Shown here: in pieces, positions 60,422-64,000 of the stretch
Layout: every line of letters starts with the position of its first letter
How positions within the stretch are numbered: position 1 is the stretch's first letter
Position numbers and translations under genes: made by a program
Assembly (NCBI GenBank): GCA_963703315.1
Contig: OY969811.1
Coordinates: 1,312,001 to 1,376,000 of the forward strand
Source: an uncultured cyanobacterium
GTDB lineage: Bacteria > Cyanobacteriota > Cyanobacteriia > Pseudanabaenales > Pseudanabaenaceae
Direction of reading: 5' to 3'
Length of the DNA stretch: 64,000 bases
Notes under the pieces: generated by a model
Databases searched by the model: none
Seen by the model: only the letters and a program-made list of their open reading frames with translations
What the model was told of the DNA's origin: nothing

Positions 60422-61606
60422 ATGAGTTTACATAGACTTCCACTCGATTCTAAAAAACTTGAAGTATTGATCAAGAAAGCTAGGCACTACAACATTTTTC
60501 CCATGTATTTTTCACAGTATATGCCTAATGCTCGACAGCACCCAATCAGTGAGTGTTTAGCTGATTTAGTGAATGATGCCTATGAGTATTTATCTGCATG
60601 TAGTGAAAGTGAAATTGAAGGGCTTATTGATCATATGCCCACGGGTTACAGAATAACGTTTGATCTATTTGGTGGTAAATTGCAAGTAGTAACAGAGGAA
60701 CATCGACGAAGGTTAGCTTTTTGCATTGTTGCATTTGAAGTTGAGCTTAGTTACTTTAGTTTTAAGGGAGTAATTGAGCAAGATTTATCTCAGAGTGAAA
60801 TAATAAAAATTTATCCAGAGCTAAAAAATAAGTTTGATAAAGATGGATTACTTCATATAGATTCTAATTTTATTCTCTTTGATGGTGGAGTTGAATATAA
60901 AGGACACATTCTTCACTACCATCAACTTCTTAGGCGAGGATACACATCCAATCCTAACTTTGATTTTCTCGATAGATTTATAAGTTATTATCACCGCACA
61001 AAACATGAAAATCAGTTCAGAATAGCCATTGATCACCGAAGAATTATGACGAAAGAGTTTTATACTCAGATTGGAGAAATGGATGGATGGCGTGGATTAC
61101 CGTTTGACAAAAATAAATTAGATGATCCAAACTATATCGGATTGACTGTTGTAGAGCGAAATAAGAAATCATTATTTGGAATGACTTGTGACCTTGATCG
61201 TACTGAATTCTTTTGGAGTTATCGTGATGGTATTAAAACTTTTGAGATTGAGGAAATATCAGGAGATAGCTATATATTTGATCATTACTACTTTAATCGA
61301 TATGTGCATAGTGAGCGTGACATTAAAACAAAATTATTTCGGCATTTAGATGGAGCAGTGAAAGTATATCTCAAAGATAGTTATCAAGACAGAAAAAATT
61401 CATTTATGCCAAAGGAATTAAAGAGTCATACCAAAGTTAAACTCTGGCGCATTGATGGTGATATAAAATTAGAGGTTTGGAGTAATCTAATCTCATATTT
61501 TTTCAAAAACAATGAGATGATTACTCAATATTTTGATCCCGAAGGATTTGAGAAGATATTTGATTTGCGAGTTCGTGATTTTGAGGCATGGAAACTTTCT
61601 CAATAA
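60422..61606 (+). CDS. Hypothetical protein, no family recognised
   Basis: 394-aa ATG ORF, AT-rich, no HIP1 site seen. Confidence 0.75.
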   Translation: MSLHRLPLDSKKLEVLIKKARHYNIFPMYFSQYMPNARQHPISECLADLVNDAYEYLSACSESEIEGLIDHMPTGYRITFDLFGGKLQVVTEEHRRRLAFCIVAFEVELSYFSFKGVIEQDLSQSEIIKIYPELKNKFDKDGLLHIDSNFILFDGGVEYKGHILHYHQLLRRGYTSNPNFDFLDRFISYYHRTKHENQFRIAIDHRRIMTKEFYTQIGEMDGWRGLPFDKNKLDDPNYIGLTVVERNKKSLFGMTCDLDRTEFFWSYRDGIKTFEIEEISGDSYIFDHYYFNRYVHSERDIKTKLFRHLDGAVKVYLKDSYQDRKNSFMPKELKSHTKVKLWRIDGDIKLEVWSNLISYFFKNNEMITQYFDPEGFEKIFDLRVRDFEAWKLSQ

Positions 61607-61610
61607 AGCT

Positions 61611-62000
61611 CTAATGTAATATTGCTATTGGAATTATTTGAAGCAATATATCACCTAAACTTCTTTTTGCTTCCATTAACTCATAGGCATAATGCAACCG
61701 CAAAAAATAACCATCCGACAAGCCAAAATAGCGACATAACCGCAAATCAACATCCGCAGTCGTCGGAGCCTTACCTTGAATAATTTGCTGCATACTCAAA
61801 TATGGCAACCGCAAACTCTCAGCCAAGCTATTTACACTAATATCTAACTCTTCTAAAAACTCATATTGCAAGATTTCGCCAACATGAGGATTACGCAGTA
61901 AAGTATCTTCCATATCAGGATGCTTGAGAGTCGTAAGATCGAATAAATCTAAAACATCTTCATCTTCATCAAACTTTTTATCTAACTCTTCAGCTTTCAT
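61611..62000 (-). CDS. HigA-family antitoxin carrying a fused N-terminal fragment of a CopG/BrnA-type antitoxin
   Basis: NPHVGEILQYEFLE...TADVDLRLCRYFGLSDGYFLRL; preceded by MKAEELDKKFDEDEDV. Confidence 0.75.
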   Translation of the reverse strand: MKAEELDKKFDEDEDVLDLFDLTTLKHPDMEDTLLRNPHVGEILQYEFLEELDISVNSLAESLRLPYLSMQQIIQGKAPTTADVDLRLCRYFGLSDGYFLRLHYAYELMEAKRSLGDILLQIIPIAILH

Positions 62001-62009
62001 ATAAATTGG

Positions 62010-62243
62010 CTAAGCTAGCTGCAATACTTGAGGTGAGGGTAAAGGTTTATCCGTTGCTTCGTAGTCTTCGATTAAAAGTTCTAATACCTCCTCTGCATTA
62101 GCGATCGCCTCTGCATAAGTATCTCCATGCGTAAAGTATCGCTGCAAGGCATTAGAAAACTCAGGTAACTCTACTAGATAACATTTATCTTCATCTGACC
62201 AAACAATATTAACGCGATACTTATGTTGCATAGTTTTAGCCAA
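62010..62243 (-). CDS. HicB-family antitoxin (no adjacent hicA)
   Basis: Y.V.I.WSDEDKCYLVELPEF...THGDTYAEAIANAEEVL...PLPSP. Confidence 0.85.
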   Translation of the reverse strand: MAKTMQHKYRVNIVWSDEDKCYLVELPEFSNALQRYFTHGDTYAEAIANAEEVLELLIEDYEATDKPLPSPQVLQLA

Positions 62244-62469
62244 CTGATGATTGAGGCATAGACTCGATTAAGGCTCTTAGCACTTTGTTAACGGCTTCAG
62301 GCGTAGTGAAAACTCTTGCCACATCTTCATCTAAAACCACAATATTTAGGCTTTTAGCTTCACTACGATTAGCAAAACGATTGGGTTTAGCCTTCTGATA
62401 ATCAAAGTTATATTCAGGTAAAAGATCATCATCAGTATTTAATTGATTTCCAAAACTATTGCTGTTCAT
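62236..62469 (-). CDS. Antitoxin paired with the upstream BrnT
   Basis: DDLLPEYNFDYQKAKPNRFA; VVLDEDVARVF....AVNKVLR. Confidence 0.75.
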   Translation of the reverse strand: MNSNSFGNQLNTDDDLLPEYNFDYQKAKPNRFANRSEAKSLNIVVLDEDVARVFTTPEAVNKVLRALIESMPQSSVG

Positions 62470-62728
62470 ACTTTTCACGCTCTGTTCTAGTGGCTATACG
62501 GGCGCTAATAATCCGAATATTAGTGGAGCGTTCCGTAAAAGAAATAATCAATAATCTATTGCGTTGCGAGTGACCAATAATGATCTCTCTTAACTCATCA
62601 AAAGAATGTGCCTCATCATCAAAGATTACTGCTAGAGGATTATCAAATACTGTTTGAGCTTCCTCAAAGCTAACACCATGCTTTCTCAGATTAGCGATCG
62701 CTTTTGCATTATCCCACTCACACTTCAT
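62456..62728 (-). CDS. BrnT-family toxin
   Basis: EWDNAKAIANLRKHGVSFEEAQTVF; IRIISARIATRTEREKYE. Confidence 0.88.
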   Translation of the reverse strand: MKCEWDNAKAIANLRKHGVSFEEAQTVFDNPLAVIFDDEAHSFDELREIIIGHSQRNRLLIISFTERSTNIRIISARIATRTEREKYEQQ

Positions 62729-62808
62729 AAACGTATTATAACCAACTATCAAATTATTCTGGAATACAGATAAATAACAAGGGGCTTAAGCCCCTTGCCT
62801 CTTGTTAT

Positions 62809-64000
62809 CTAGCTGCCACCGATACGGGCAACATCGCGGGAATTGGCTTCAAAAGCAGCATTGAGCGCATCATCACCACTCAAACCATCTTCCAATGCTT
62901 CCTTAATCGCTTGCAATACCCGCTTGTAATCCTTGGGCATTACCTTCACGAATTTAGGAGCGATCGCATTCCAATCAGCGAGAACTCGTTCACCGATCGC
63001 ACTTTCCGTATAGTCAACATGCTGTTGAATCAACTGCTTCAGATCCTTGATTTCTTCGGGATCTTCGAGCTTTTCTAAGCCGACCATTGAAGTATTGCAA
63101 CGGGTTGCGAAATCGCCTGAATCATCGAGAATGTAGGCAATACCGCCACTCATGCCAGCCGCGAAGTTCCGTCCTGTTAAGCCCAAGACCACGACCTTAC
63201 CGCCAGTCATATATTCGCAACCATGATCGCCGATGCCTTCGACTACGGCATTTACGCCAGAGTTGCGGACTGCAAAGCGTTCGCCAGCGATACCGCGAAT
63301 GTAGACTTCACCACTGGTTGCGCCGTAGAGTGCGACGTTACCTGCGATCACGTTCTCTTCCGCAACAAAGGTAGAAGCTTTATCTGGATAGAGAATGATT
63401 TTGCCGCCGCTTAGTCCTTTGCCGAGGTAGTCGTTGGTATCGCCTTCGAGTTCCATCGTTACACCAGAGGGAACGAATGCGCCAAAGCTTTGACCAGCAG
63501 TACCTTGGAAATGCAGATGCACGGTATCGTCGGGCAATCCTTCCCAATGGCGCTTGGTGATTTCGTTGCCGAGGATCGTGCCGACGGCGCGATTGATATT
63601 ACGGATGGGAACGATCTCATGGATTGGTTCGCCATCAACGATCGCAGCTTGGCACAAATCCAACAACACAGTCATATCAAGGGACTTATCTAAACCGTGA
63701 TCCTGTGGAATTTGGCAATAGCGACCGACATCTTCGCCAACTTCGGGTTGATAGAGAATCTTCGAGAAGTCTAAACCCTTGAGTTTCCAATGCTCGACGG
63801 CTTGCTTCGCTTCTAGGACTTCAGTACGACCGACCATTTCATCAAGGGTGCGGAAACCGAGTTTTGCCATCAATTCGCGGACTTCCATCGCGATGAAGGT
63901 CATGAAGTTGACGGTGTGGGCGGGATCGCCTGTGAACTTCTCGCGCAGTTGCGGATCTTGGGTGGCGACACCGACGGGGCAGGTGTTGAGATGGCAGACG
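62809..64000 (-). CDS. gltB: Glutamate synthase large subunit, 3' part (start lies outside the window)
   Basis: [43 protein letters not shown]. Confidence 0.95.
   Translation of the reverse strand, partial: VCHLNTCPVGVATQDPQLREKFTGDPAHTVNFMTFIAMEVRELMAKLGFRTLDEMVGRTEVLEAKQAVEHWKLKGLDFSKILYQPEVGEDVGRYCQIPQDHGLDKSLDMTVLLDLCQAAIVDGEPIHEIVPIRNINRAVGTILGNEITKRHWEGLPDDTVHLHFQGTAGQSFGAFVPSGVTMELEGDTNDYLGKGLSGGKIILYPDKASTFVAEENVIAGNVALYGATSGEVYIRGIAGERFAVRNSGVNAVVEGIGDHGCEYMTGGKVVVLGLTGRNFAAGMSGGIAYILDDSGDFATRCNTSMVGLEKLEDPEEIKDLKQLIQQHVDYTESAIGERVLADWNAIAPKFVKVMPKDYKRVLQAIKEALEDGLSGDDALNAAFEANSRDVARIGGS

Overview
This 64-kb window is chromosomal DNA from a cyanobacterium. The HIP1 octamer GCGATCGC is abundant, and a Pseudanabaena-like filamentous organism is my inference only. 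(1) 1-33.5 kb is a large surface-polysaccharide locus. It contains a CDP-sugar/C-methyl branch, a HepA/PglK-like ABC transporter, a GMC-Gfo/Idh/MocA-epimerase redox module, a UbiA + HAD phosphatase + SMR + GT-C lipid-linked pentose module, a membrane/glycosidase-fold fusion, and divergent wecB/tagA and wzc genes. (2) 33.5-57.9 kb is mostly core genes (BLUF, mlaE, scpA, NAD kinase, ruvA, tRNA-Arg, LCP, smc), plus a NACHT NTPase and a five-gene globin-V4R-roadblock(MglB)-MglA-type GTPase-PATAN/DUF4388 operon that looks like a gas-sensing G-protein switch. (3) 58-62.8 kb is an accessory island in which toxin-antitoxin, HNH and orphan genes sit between blocks of a HIP1-anchored A-B-C higher-order tandem repeat, next to an internally deleted dioxygenase pseudogene and a run of orphan or chimeric antitoxins. 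The window ends in the 3' part of glutamate synthase. Intergenic spacers are full of triloop palindromes and several MITE-like families. All functional calls come from motif recognition by eye; no database searches were run.
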